Shown here in pieces: positions 8,407 to 18,341 of a DNA stretch of 64,000 nt. Made by a program: the position numbers and the translations under genes. Under the pieces are notes generated by a model, which saw only the letters and a list, made by a program, of their open reading frames with translations, had not been told where the DNA came from and did not search any database. The DNA comes from Candidatus Eiseniibacteriota bacterium (GTDB taxonomy: Bacteria; Eisenbacteria; RBG-16-71-46): the NCBI GenBank assembly GCA_963744995.1, contig CAVUWA010000010.1, forward strand, positions 320,001 through 384,000. The letters run 5' to 3'. Position 1 is the first letter of the stretch. Each line of letters begins with the position of its first letter.

Positions 8407-10635
8407 ATGGACTCCTCCCCCGACACGCTCGACCGGACCGGAAGCGCGCAACGCGGAGCGACGGATGCCGCTCCGCGCGCGCATGGCCTCGACGCCGTGT
8501 TCCGGCCGCGCTCGGTGGCCGTGATCGGCGCCTCGCGCACCCGCGGCAGCATCGGCGCCGCGACGTTCCACAACCTGATCACGCGCGGCTTCGAGGGTCC
8601 GGTGTACCCGGTGAACCCGGTGGCCGAGGTCGTCGGATCCGTGCGCGCCTACAAGTCGATCGAGGACGTGCCGGGCGAAGTGGACCTGGCGATGATCGTG
8701 GTCCCCGCCGTGCACGTGCTGACCGTGCTCGAAGCCTGCGGCCGCAAGGGCGTGAAGGCGGCCGTGGTCATCAGCGCCGGCTTCAAGGAGGCCGGCCCCG
8801 AAGGGCGCGCGCGCGAGCAGGCGCTGGTCGAATGCGCGCGCCGCCACCGGATGCGGCTCGTCGGCCCCAACTGCCTGGGCGTGATCAACGCCGAGCCCGA
8901 GGTGTCGCTCGACGCCACGTTCGCGCCGGCGTGGCCGCCGCACGGCCAGGTCGCGTTCTCTTCGCAGAGCGGCGCGCTCGGGCTGGCGATCCTCGACATG
9001 GCGAAGACGCTCAACATCGGCATCTCCCACTTCATCAGCGTCGGCAACAAAGCCGACGTGTCGGGCAACGACCTGCTGGAGTTCTGGGAGCGGGACCCCG
9101 GCACGAAGATCATCCTGCTCTATCTCGAATCGTTCGGAAACGCACGCCGCTTCATCGAGATCGCGCGGCGGGTGTCGCGGAAAAAACCGATCGTCGCGGT
9201 GAAGAGCGGCCGTTCGGCCGCCGGCGCGCGCGCGGCGTCGTCGCACACCGGCTCGCTCGCCGGCCCCGACGCCGCAGTCGACGCGCTGTGCCGGCAGTCG
9301 GGGGTGATCCGCACCGACACGATGGAAGAGCTGTTCGACGTCGCGATGCTGCTCGCGCACCAGCCGGTGCCGCGCGGCCATCGCGTCGCCATCGTCACCA
9401 ACGCAGGCGGCCCGGGCATCATGGCCTCCGACGCCTGCGAGGGGCACGGACTCGTGGTGCCGGCGCTCGCCGACGAAACGCTGGCGGCGCTGCGCGCATT
9501 CCTGCCGCCCGAGGCCAGCACCCGCAACCCGGTGGACATGATCGCCTCGGCGACGCCCGAGTCGTTCGAGCGCGCGGTCGAGCTGCTCGCCTGCGACCCC
9601 CACGTGGACGCGGTGCTCGCGATCTACGTGCCGCCGATCGTCACGCAGCCGCTCGACGTGGCGCAGGCGATCGTGCGCGGCGCCGACGCCGCGGCGGCGC
9701 GGGCCCGCGCGAAAGGCGTGAGCTCGAAGCCGGTGATGTCGTGCTTCCTCGGCTCGCACGGCGTCCCCGAGGGGCTGCAGTCGCTGCAGGAAGGCAACAT
9801 CCCCTCGTACGCGTTCCCCGAGGCCGCGGCGATCGCGCTCGCGCGCGCCGTGCGCTACGGCGCGTGGCTCGAGGCGCCCGCCGGCGAGGTGCCCGCGCTC
9901 GCCGACGTCGACCCCGCCCGCGCCCGTGCGGTGATCGAACGCGCGCTCGCACGCGAGGCGGCGGGCGACGGCCCCACCTGGCTGCGTCCCGGCGAGCTGC
10001 GCGAGGTGCTGGAGGCGTATGGACTGCGGGTCGTGCAGAGCGCACACGCGGCGGACGCGGACGCGGCGGTGAAGGCCGCGGAACGGATGGGCTACCCGGT
10101 GGTGATCAAGCTCGAGTCCGACACGATCACCCACAAGTCCGACGTCGGCGGCGTGGTGCTCGACGTGCGCAACGAAACGGAGGTGCGGCGCGCCTGCGCC
10201 GACATCGAGAAGAAGCTCGAGGCGCTCGGCCGCCTGGACGAGATGAACGGCGTCACGGTGCAGCAGCTCATCAAGGGCGGCGTCGAGGCGATCGTCGGCG
10301 TGACGCGCGACAGGGGCTTCGGTCCGCTCATCATGTTCGGGCTCGGCGGCGTGTACGTCGAGGTCCTGAAGGACGTCGCGTTCCGCATCCACCCGCTGAC
10401 CGACCGCGACGCCGCGGGGCTCGTGCGTGAGGTGCGCGGCTACCCGCTGCTCGAGGGCTACCGCGGCCAGCCGCCCGGCGACACGGCCGCGCTCGAGGAC
10501 GTCCTGCTGCGCGTCTCGCGGCTGGTCGGCGACCTGCCCGAGATCCACGAGATGGACATGAATCCGCTCAAGGTGCTGGCGCCCGGCAAGGGCTGCATCG
10601 CGGTGGACGCGCGCATCGGCATCTTGAAGGCGTAG
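8407..10635 (+). CDS. Acetate/acyl-CoA ligase (ADP-forming) family, fused alpha/beta, no GNAT domain
   Basis: PRSVAVIGAS, GPNCLG, SQSGALG, phospho-His motif SHTGSLAG, C-terminal ATP-grasp (HKSDVGGV, FGPLIMFGLGG). Confidence 0.9.
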   Translation: MDSSPDTLDRTGSAQRGATDAAPRAHGLDAVFRPRSVAVIGASRTRGSIGAATFHNLITRGFEGPVYPVNPVAEVVGSVRAYKSIEDVPGEVDLAMIVVPAVHVLTVLEACGRKGVKAAVVISAGFKEAGPEGRAREQALVECARRHRMRLVGPNCLGVINAEPEVSLDATFAPAWPPHGQVAFSSQSGALGLAILDMAKTLNIGISHFISVGNKADVSGNDLLEFWERDPGTKIILLYLESFGNARRFIEIARRVSRKKPIVAVKSGRSAAGARAASSHTGSLAGPDAAVDALCRQSGVIRTDTMEELFDVAMLLAHQPVPRGHRVAIVTNAGGPGIMASDACEGHGLVVPALADETLAALRAFLPPEASTRNPVDMIASATPESFERAVELLACDPHVDAVLAIYVPPIVTQPLDVAQAIVRGADAAAARARAKGVSSKPVMSCFLGSHGVPEGLQSLQEGNIPSYAFPEAAAIALARAVRYGAWLEAPAGEVPALADVDPARARAVIERALAREAAGDGPTWLRPGELREVLEAYGLRVVQSAHAADADAAVKAAERMGYPVVIKLESDTITHKSDVGGVVLDVRNETEVRRACADIEKKLEALGRLDEMNGVTVQQLIKGGVEAIVGVTRDRGFGPLIMFGLGGVYVEVLKDVAFRIHPLTDRDAAGLVREVRGYPLLEGYRGQPPGDTAALEDVLLRVSRLVGDLPEIHEMDMNPLKVLAPGKGCIAVDARIGILKA

Positions 10636-10849
10636 GAACGGATCCCGGCCGCGGGATCCGCCGGGAGCAACCGGCCCCGTGGCGGACTCGCGCGATTTTC
10701 CGGGCGGCAGCATGGCCACGCGCGAGGAGGCCCTCGTCGTGATCACAGCCGGTCCTTGACCGGCCCGCCCCCCTCCGCTAATCCTCCTGCGCCCGCGCCG
10801 CGGGCCCCCGTGACGTTGCCGGAATTCCTCGCCGTCCATAGGATTGCCC

Positions 10850-12163
10850 ATGGCCCAGCCGCTGCAGCGCCCTCAGCACTCGCAGCCCTTCCGCATCCGC
10901 CGCGCCCAGAACTGGCTGACCCTCGGCTTCACCTACGCCGCCATGTACATGGCGCGATACAACTTCCCGTTCGCGAACAAGGCGCTGTCCGACGAGTACG
11001 GCTGGAGCAGGGCGCAGATCGGCGGCATCATCACCACCGCCACGCTGGTCTACGGCATCTCGGCGCTGTTCAACGGCCCGCTCGCCGACCGCTTCGGTGG
11101 CCGCAAGGCGATGATCATCGGCGCCACGGGCGCCCTCGTCTTCAACGTTCTGTTCGGCCTCGGCGCCTACCTCGGCGTGGTCACGACCGCCCCGGTGCTG
11201 CTCGGCTACTTCGCCACGGTGTGGACGCTGAACATGTACTTCCAGTCGTACAGCGCCCTCTCGCTCATCAAGGTCAACGCGGGCTGGTTCCACGTCAGCG
11301 AACGCGGCGTGTTCTCGGCGATCTTCGGCTCCATGATCCAGAGCGGACGCCTCGCGGTGTTCGCGCTGCTGACGTCGTCGTTCGTGGTCGCCCTGCCCTG
11401 GCAGTGGCGCTTCTTCCTGCCGGCCGTTGCCGTCGCGATCATGCTGCTGTTCACGATTCTGGTGGTGCGCGATTCGCCGAAGGACGCGGGGCTCGACGAC
11501 TTCGACCCGATGGACGCGACCAGCGGCGACACCGAGAAGATCACCCTCGCCTACGTGGCGCGGAAGGTGTTCACCAACCCGATCGCGATCACGATCGCCG
11601 GGGCGGAGTTCTGCACGGGGCTCGTGCGCAAGGGCTTCGAGGAGTGGTTCCCGCGCTACATGCAGGAGGCGCACCACCTCGCGCTCGACAACCCGATCTT
11701 CCAGAAGGGCGCGCTGGCGATCGTGTTCGCCGGCGTCGTCGGCGCGTTCGTCGCCGGGACGATGTCGGACTGGGTCTTCAAGGCGCGGCGTCCCCCGGTG
11801 GCGTTCATCGGCTACGTGCTGATCGTCGCGAGTCTCTACGTGGTCTGGCGGCATCCGAGCCTGCCCGCGATCATCGCCGCATTCGTCGTCAACTCGATGG
11901 CGATTTCGATGGTGCACTCGATGCTCTCGGGCACCGCCTCGATGGACTTCGGCGGCAAGCGTGCCGCGGCGACCGCTGCCGGCATGTTCGACGGCATGCA
12001 GTACATCGGCGGCTCGTTCGCCGGCTACGGCATCGGCGTCCTGCTCGACAAATACGGCTGGAACGCCTGGGCGCCGAGCATGATCGGCTTCGCGGCGATC
12101 GGCGCGGTCCTCATGTTGCTGCTCTGGAACGCGCGCCCGCGCGCGCACGGCGCCTCGCACTGA
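10850..12163 (+). CDS. MFS transporter, organophosphate:phosphate antiporter (GlpT/UhpT-like) family
   Basis: YAAMYMARYN, GPLADRFGGR, GTMSDW, AATAAGMFDG; about 12 TM. Confidence 0.85.
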   Translation: MAQPLQRPQHSQPFRIRRAQNWLTLGFTYAAMYMARYNFPFANKALSDEYGWSRAQIGGIITTATLVYGISALFNGPLADRFGGRKAMIIGATGALVFNVLFGLGAYLGVVTTAPVLLGYFATVWTLNMYFQSYSALSLIKVNAGWFHVSERGVFSAIFGSMIQSGRLAVFALLTSSFVVALPWQWRFFLPAVAVAIMLLFTILVVRDSPKDAGLDDFDPMDATSGDTEKITLAYVARKVFTNPIAITIAGAEFCTGLVRKGFEEWFPRYMQEAHHLALDNPIFQKGALAIVFAGVVGAFVAGTMSDWVFKARRPPVAFIGYVLIVASLYVVWRHPSLPAIIAAFVVNSMAISMVHSMLSGTASMDFGGKRAAATAAGMFDGMQYIGGSFAGYGIGVLLDKYGWNAWAPSMIGFAAIGAVLMLLLWNARPRAHGASH

Positions 12164-12199
12164 GCGTCGTCCGCGCCGCGACGCCGGCCGGGACCCCCG

Positions 12200-12400
12200 A
12201 ATGAATGAAGACGTCCGGTGCGCGTTGCACGCACCGGACGCCGCGGCCGAGAAAGAGGCGCCGCTCCCCCCTCAGGTCAGCGACGCTCTTTCCGCCCATC
12301 GATGGGCTTGGACGAGGGGCGACCCCGGGTACCGTTCTCCGCAGGCGCCGACACCGGTCACCCGCGATACCAGAAGGCCGCCCCCGTTTCCCATTCTGCG
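12200..12400 (-). ncRNA. Candidate sigma54-dependent small RNA (about 200 nt)
   Basis: Lies between a -24/-12 promoter (12411-12426) and a minus-strand terminator (12201-12240); internal hairpins; no SD-led ORF. Confidence 0.5.
12201..12240 (-). terminator. Intrinsic terminator on the minus strand
   Basis: 11-bp perfect stem CGTCCGGTGCG/CGCACCGGACG; followed by UCUUCAUUCAUU on the minus strand only. Confidence 0.65.
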
Positions 12401-12410
12401 CATCCAGAGG

Positions 12411-12426
12411 GGCAGTTTTCGTGCCG
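12411..12426 (-). promoter_or_regulatory. Sigma54 promoter divergent from the histidine kinase gene
   Basis: Minus strand CGGCACGAAAACTGCC (GG-N10-GC); IHF-like CAAGGGGTTA near 12467-12476. Confidence 0.6.
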
Positions 12427-12621
12427 TCGTCGCAGGCGAACTGGAACCCGCGCGGGCATCACACATAACCCCTTGCGCGCGAAAGCCGTTCGCGCCGGAG
12501 CCGCAGCCTGTTGGGCCCAAAGGAGCACTTGCCGGGGAACCCGCTCCCCTGCCAGTCTGTCACCTTGAAGCGGGTCCCCATGCCGACATATAGACAGGCC
12601 GCAGGTGGGAAACACACGGTC

Positions 12622-13788
12622 ATGACCAGAAAGACAGGTCCTTCTGCCGATTCCGGCGCCCGGAACCCCGCCGTGCTTCGCATCGAGAGCGATGAGATCC
12701 GGGAGATCCTCCCGCAGCTGATCGACGCGATGGTCGACGCCGTCGTGGTGCTCGACGCCAGCCGGCGCGTGGTCGCCGCGAACCGTCGCTACGTCGAGGC
12801 TTTCGGCATCAGCCGGCCCGACGTGCTGGGCTCGGCCTGCCAGGCGACCCTGCACTGCCCCGAAACCATCGACGGCACGCCGGAGGGCCACTGCACGGCC
12901 TGCCAGGCCTTCCACGCCGGCACGGCGATGCGTCGCGTGCGCACCGTGCCCTCGGGCAGCAGCGGCGCGCCACGGCGCTGGGAGGCGACCTTCAACCCGG
13001 TCGCCAATGCCCGGGGACGCATCACGCACATGATCGAGGTGTGGCGCGACATCACCGACCGCAGCCACCTCGAGGCGCAACTCTCGCACAGCGAACGCCT
13101 CGCCTCGCTCGGCAGCCTCGCGGCCGGCGTCGCGCACGAAATCAACAACCCGCTGGCCTCGGTGCTGGCGAGCGTCGAGAGCCTGCAGCGCTGGCTGCGG
13201 CGCACCGACCTCGACGAAGAGGCGCGCACCGAGGCGCGCGCGGTGCTGAGCGCGTGCGAACGCGAGATCGCGCGGGTTCGCGAGACCTCCGACAAGCTCA
13301 TGCTGCTCGCCCAGCCGCATTCGGTGAAGCCGGTGTGGGTGAACGTGGATCAGGCGGCGAACGACACGCTGTCGCTGCTCGCGAACCAGATGCGCCGCCA
13401 GGGCGTCGGCAGTGTGGCCGCGCTCGCCGGCAACCTGCCGCTCGTGTGGGCGAAGGAAGGCGCGATCCGCAGTATCTGCATGAATCTGATGATGAATGCG
13501 GTCCAGGCCATGCCGTCGGGCGGCACGCTGGAGGTGTCCACGCGGACGGACGGCCACAGGGTGATCATCGAGATCGCCGACACCGGACCCGGCATTCCCG
13601 ACGACATTGCGGATCGCATCTGGGATCCGTTTTTCACGACCAAGCCCACCGGTCAGGGCACGGGGCTCGGACTTTCAATCACACGCGGTCAGGTCGAGCG
13701 GCACGGCGGCTCGATCCGCGTCGAGAAACGCCTTGGAGGCGGCTCGCGATTCATCGTGGAGCTGCCGGTCCGAGGCTCCGGAGGCTGA
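12622..13788 (+). CDS. Cytoplasmic PAS-domain sensor histidine kinase (NtrB-like)
   Basis: PAS with Cys cluster; H-box AHEINNPL; N box NLMMNAVQAM; DTGPGI; FFTTKPTGQGTGLGL. Start may be 12580. Confidence 0.92.
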   Translation: MTRKTGPSADSGARNPAVLRIESDEIREILPQLIDAMVDAVVVLDASRRVVAANRRYVEAFGISRPDVLGSACQATLHCPETIDGTPEGHCTACQAFHAGTAMRRVRTVPSGSSGAPRRWEATFNPVANARGRITHMIEVWRDITDRSHLEAQLSHSERLASLGSLAAGVAHEINNPLASVLASVESLQRWLRRTDLDEEARTEARAVLSACEREIARVRETSDKLMLLAQPHSVKPVWVNVDQAANDTLSLLANQMRRQGVGSVAALAGNLPLVWAKEGAIRSICMNLMMNAVQAMPSGGTLEVSTRTDGHRVIIEIADTGPGIPDDIADRIWDPFFTTKPTGQGTGLGLSITRGQVERHGGSIRVEKRLGGGSRFIVELPVRGSGG

Positions 13789-13789
13789 G

Positions 13790-15145
<1,356 letters not shown>

Positions 15146-15380
15146 AGCCGGCGGCGGGGGCATGGAAGACCGCGCCTCGACGCCCCGGCGCCGGAGCGCC
15201 CGCCGGCGGCGCCCCGGATCGGCCTGCCCGGTCCGGGGCGTCGTCCTGTCAGGCTCGGCACCAGTCCTGTCACTTCGTCAGCGTGCCGCTTCCCGGCGGG
15301 CCCGGACTCCCGCCCAGGGCCCGCTGCCCAGCCGCGTTCCGTGCAACGCATTGCGCCCGTGACCGCTCGGGACCGCCCCA

Positions 15381-15396
15381 CGGCATGCGCATTGCA
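15381..15396 (+). promoter_or_regulatory. Sigma54 promoter of the pseudo-receiver gene
   Basis: CGGCATGCGCATTGCA (GG-N10-GC); IHF-like CAACGCATTG near 15344-15353; TGTCA motifs at 15247 and 15268. Confidence 0.6.
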
Positions 15397-15409
15397 GAGC
15401 AGGACGATC

Positions 15410-15829
15410 ATGCCGAGAGTCCTGCTCTGCCAGTGCGCGGCCTCCATGGAGCGCGAAATCACCGAAGCGCTCGCAGAGCGCGGGATTACCGTCACCTCCT
15501 GCCACGACGGGGAGCGGCTGCTCGAAGCGATGCTGAAGGACCACCCGGACGTCATCGTCCACGTGCTTCGCCAGGACCCTCGCGAGGACATGGGCGTGCT
15601 GCGTCTGGTCCGCCACGCCGCGCCCGAGGTGCCGCTGATCCTGCTCGCGGAGAACGGCTCGCTGGAGATCCAGCGGCAGATCATCGAACTGCGGCCGATC
15701 TTCTACGACGTGGTCCCGGTCGGCCCCGAGGACCTGCTGGACGCGGTGCAGGCCGCGATCGAGCGGGCCCGGACGGCGGCGCCCAGGCCGCGCGCGGGCG
15801 CCCGCGATCCGGCGCCGCCGCGAGCCTGA
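15410..15829 (+). CDS. Stand-alone atypical receiver-domain protein
   Basis: REC-fold pattern (RVLL...HPDVIVHV...PEVPLILL...YDVVPV..EDLLDAV) without the acidic pocket, phospho-Asp or Lys. Confidence 0.7.
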   Translation: MPRVLLCQCAASMEREITEALAERGITVTSCHDGERLLEAMLKDHPDVIVHVLRQDPREDMGVLRLVRHAAPEVPLILLAENGSLEIQRQIIELRPIFYDVVPVGPEDLLDAVQAAIERARTAAPRPRAGARDPAPPRA

Positions 15830-15887
15830 CGCCGCGCTCCCGGGCGGTCCCCGCCCGGGTCCTTCCGCCGCGGGCGGGCAGGGCGCT

Positions 15888-16841
15888 CTAGTGCACCTGC
15901 CAGATCGCGGCGTCGTCCTTCGCGAGCCAGGCCTCGCCCGCCCCGAACGGGCGTGACACCCGCCAGGCGTCCTCCCGGGACTCGACCACGCGGAACAGAT
16001 CGCCCTCGTGCGCGGTGGCGACGGCGGCGCCGCCGGGCGTGCCGCGGAGGGGCACGCTCTCCGCGCGGGTCGCAACCCACTCCCCGCGCGGCTGAGCGAT
16101 GTTGAGCGACCAGTCGTAGTCGAGGAAGCCGATCGCATCACCGGACACGTCCGCCGGCAGGATCGAGTCCACGTACGCCCGCACGCCGCCGTGGGTCTGG
16201 AAATCCTGCGCGTACCAGTTGAAGATCTGCGAGAGCCAGAGCTTCTTCGCGCCCGGGTCGACGCGGTTGCGCGTGGTGTCGCTGAGGAACCGCTGCATGT
16301 TGACGCTCAGCGTGTGCTCGAGGTCGATCCGGTCGTAGGCGCGCGGCAGCAACGGCGGGCAGGACACCGCGGCGCACACCAGCGCGGTATGGATGCGCGG
16401 GTCCGGGAACTCGGTGCGGATGTGCTCGTGCTCGAGCTGGTTGAGCGAGATGTGCCGGCCGTTCATGCGCACGAGCGGCTCGTCGAACAGCGCGTGATGG
16501 TTCTCGGCCACGCTGTAGCCGGCATGCAGGCGTTCGATCACGGCGTGGATCACCGTCGCGTTGTAGAGGTTGATGTAGAAGGCGAGCCGGTTGTGGCCGC
16601 GGTGCTCCAGCGGATCCACGGCCGCCATCGAGTCGAGGTAGGCGTTGAGCCCGGCCCAGCGCGTCTCGCGGATCCCCAGATAGTCCACGCGGCCGTCGCG
16701 CACGTGGTCGCGCAGCACCAGCGTGAGGGGCCGGTGGTCGATCGGGCGCGCGGCGTGCGCCGGGCGGACCGCCGCCGCCCAGGCCAGCACGGCCAAGAGC
16801 ACGAGGAGCGGCAGCCGGAAACGTGGACCAGAACGCGACAC
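15888..16841 (-). CDS. Secreted DUF547 domain protein with SH3-like C-terminus
   Basis: GTG 16841 with RBS GGAGG; LAFYINLYNA, DPRIHTALVCAAVSCPPL, LSQIFNWYAQDF, YDWSLN. Confidence 0.88.
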   Translation of the reverse strand: MSRSGPRFRLPLLVLLAVLAWAAAVRPAHAARPIDHRPLTLVLRDHVRDGRVDYLGIRETRWAGLNAYLDSMAAVDPLEHRGHNRLAFYINLYNATVIHAVIERLHAGYSVAENHHALFDEPLVRMNGRHISLNQLEHEHIRTEFPDPRIHTALVCAAVSCPPLLPRAYDRIDLEHTLSVNMQRFLSDTTRNRVDPGAKKLWLSQIFNWYAQDFQTHGGVRAYVDSILPADVSGDAIGFLDYDWSLNIAQPRGEWVATRAESVPLRGTPGGAAVATAHEGDLFRVVESREDAWRVSRPFGAGEAWLAKDDAAIWQVH

Positions 16842-17116
16842 TTGGGCCTCCAGTGGGTGAAATCGGAGTCGAACAGTATCCCCGACCCGGGCGGCCGGGG
16901 CCAGAACGGAGCCGCCCCTCACCCGCGATTTCAACGTTTCCTGACGCCGAAGGCTCCAACTCTCCGTGAACCCGCCCGGCCCCGGCAGGCCGGCGCCGCC
17001 TGGGCCCTTTCCAAGGCCCCTCAGGCGCGGCTCGCGGGCGATCGCTGCAACCCCGGAGCCCGTGCATTCGTAGCACTGGAAACGCGCCGGACCCCTTCCC
17101 CATGGAGAGCCGTGCC

Positions 17117-18238
17117 ATGAAATCACCCCGGTTTCACGAGCGAACCGCACACCGCGACGAGCGCCCGCTCGGCGGTCATGCGTCCCTGATCCTCGGCCTG
17201 TTCGTCGCCCTGCTGGCGATCGCGCTCGCCACCACTCCGTCGCTCTCGGCCGAGCGTTTCGAACTCCACGGCGACCACGTGGCGATCTACGATCTCGCCG
17301 GTGAGGTCACGCTCGAGCCCGGTGCCGGCAGCGCGGTGGTGGTGCACGTCGAGCGCGGCGGTTCGGATGGCGGACGGCTCGACGTCCGCACGGGTCCGAT
17401 CGGTGATCTGCAGACGCTGCGCGTGATCTATCCCGCGCGCCGGATCCATTACTCGAGCGGCCGCGGCTGGGGCTCGAGCTCGACGGTGCACGTCGGCCGG
17501 GACGGCCGCTTCGGCGACGAGGGTCGCAACGGCAACGCCGGCCGCGAGCGGGTGACGATTTCGAGCCGTCCGGGCGGCTTCGACGCCCACGCCGACCTGC
17601 GCATCGAAGTGCCGAAGGGTCAGAAGCTGAGCGTCTACCTCGCGGTCGGCGCGGCGACGGCCTCCAACACCGAAGGCACGCTGCGCCTGGACGGGGGAGC
17701 CGTCGCGGTCACCACACGCTCCACCCGCGGCGAACTGGTGATCGACGTCGGCTCGGGCGGGGTCGAGGTCAACGGCGCCGAGGGTGAAGTGAGCATCGAC
17801 ACCGGCTCGGGCGGGGTGGACGTGATGAAGGTGAGCGGCGACCGGCTGCTGGTGGATACGGGGTCGGGCCACGTGAGCGCGGCCGACGTCGACGTGCGAC
17901 GGCTGAGCGTGGACACCGGCTCGGGCGGCGTGGACCTGGGCATGGTTAGGGCGCGGGAGATCCTGGTGGACACGGGCTCGGGCGGCGTGGACCTCGACGT
18001 CGCGAGCGATCTCGAGTCGCTGGGCGTCGACACGGGCTCGGGCAGTGTTCGGGTGCGCCTGCCGCAGACCGTCGGTGCCACCGTGAGCATCGAGACCGGC
18101 AGCGGCGGGATCCGCAGTGATTTCCCCATCGAAGTCACGCAGAAGGACCGCGACAGCCTGCACGGCCGGATCGGCGACGGCCATGGGAGGATCGTCATCG
18201 AGACCGGCTCGGGAACGGTACGCCTGCTCAGGCGCTGA
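17117..18238 (+). CDS. DUF4097 beta-strand repeat protein
   Basis: Hydrophobic signal segment; eight [DE][TV]GSG repeats. Confidence 0.85.
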   Translation: MKSPRFHERTAHRDERPLGGHASLILGLFVALLAIALATTPSLSAERFELHGDHVAIYDLAGEVTLEPGAGSAVVVHVERGGSDGGRLDVRTGPIGDLQTLRVIYPARRIHYSSGRGWGSSSTVHVGRDGRFGDEGRNGNAGRERVTISSRPGGFDAHADLRIEVPKGQKLSVYLAVGAATASNTEGTLRLDGGAVAVTTRSTRGELVIDVGSGGVEVNGAEGEVSIDTGSGGVDVMKVSGDRLLVDTGSGHVSAADVDVRRLSVDTGSGGVDLGMVRAREILVDTGSGGVDLDVASDLESLGVDTGSGSVRVRLPQTVGATVSIETGSGGIRSDFPIEVTQKDRDSLHGRIGDGHGRIVIETGSGTVRLLRR

Positions 18239-18341
18239 GGTTCATCGAAACGGCCGCATGCGCGAACGCCGCACTCCCGGGAGGAGCGCGGCGTTTCGAC
18301 TGTCGGCGCGCCGGGGCGGCGCAACCGGCACGCGCCGCCGC

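Noticed and set aside
17740..18215. Repeated GACACCGGCTCGGGCGG-like units as a CRISPR or DNA repeat array
   Set aside because: They are in-frame DTGSG repeats of the DUF4097 protein with synonymous variation.
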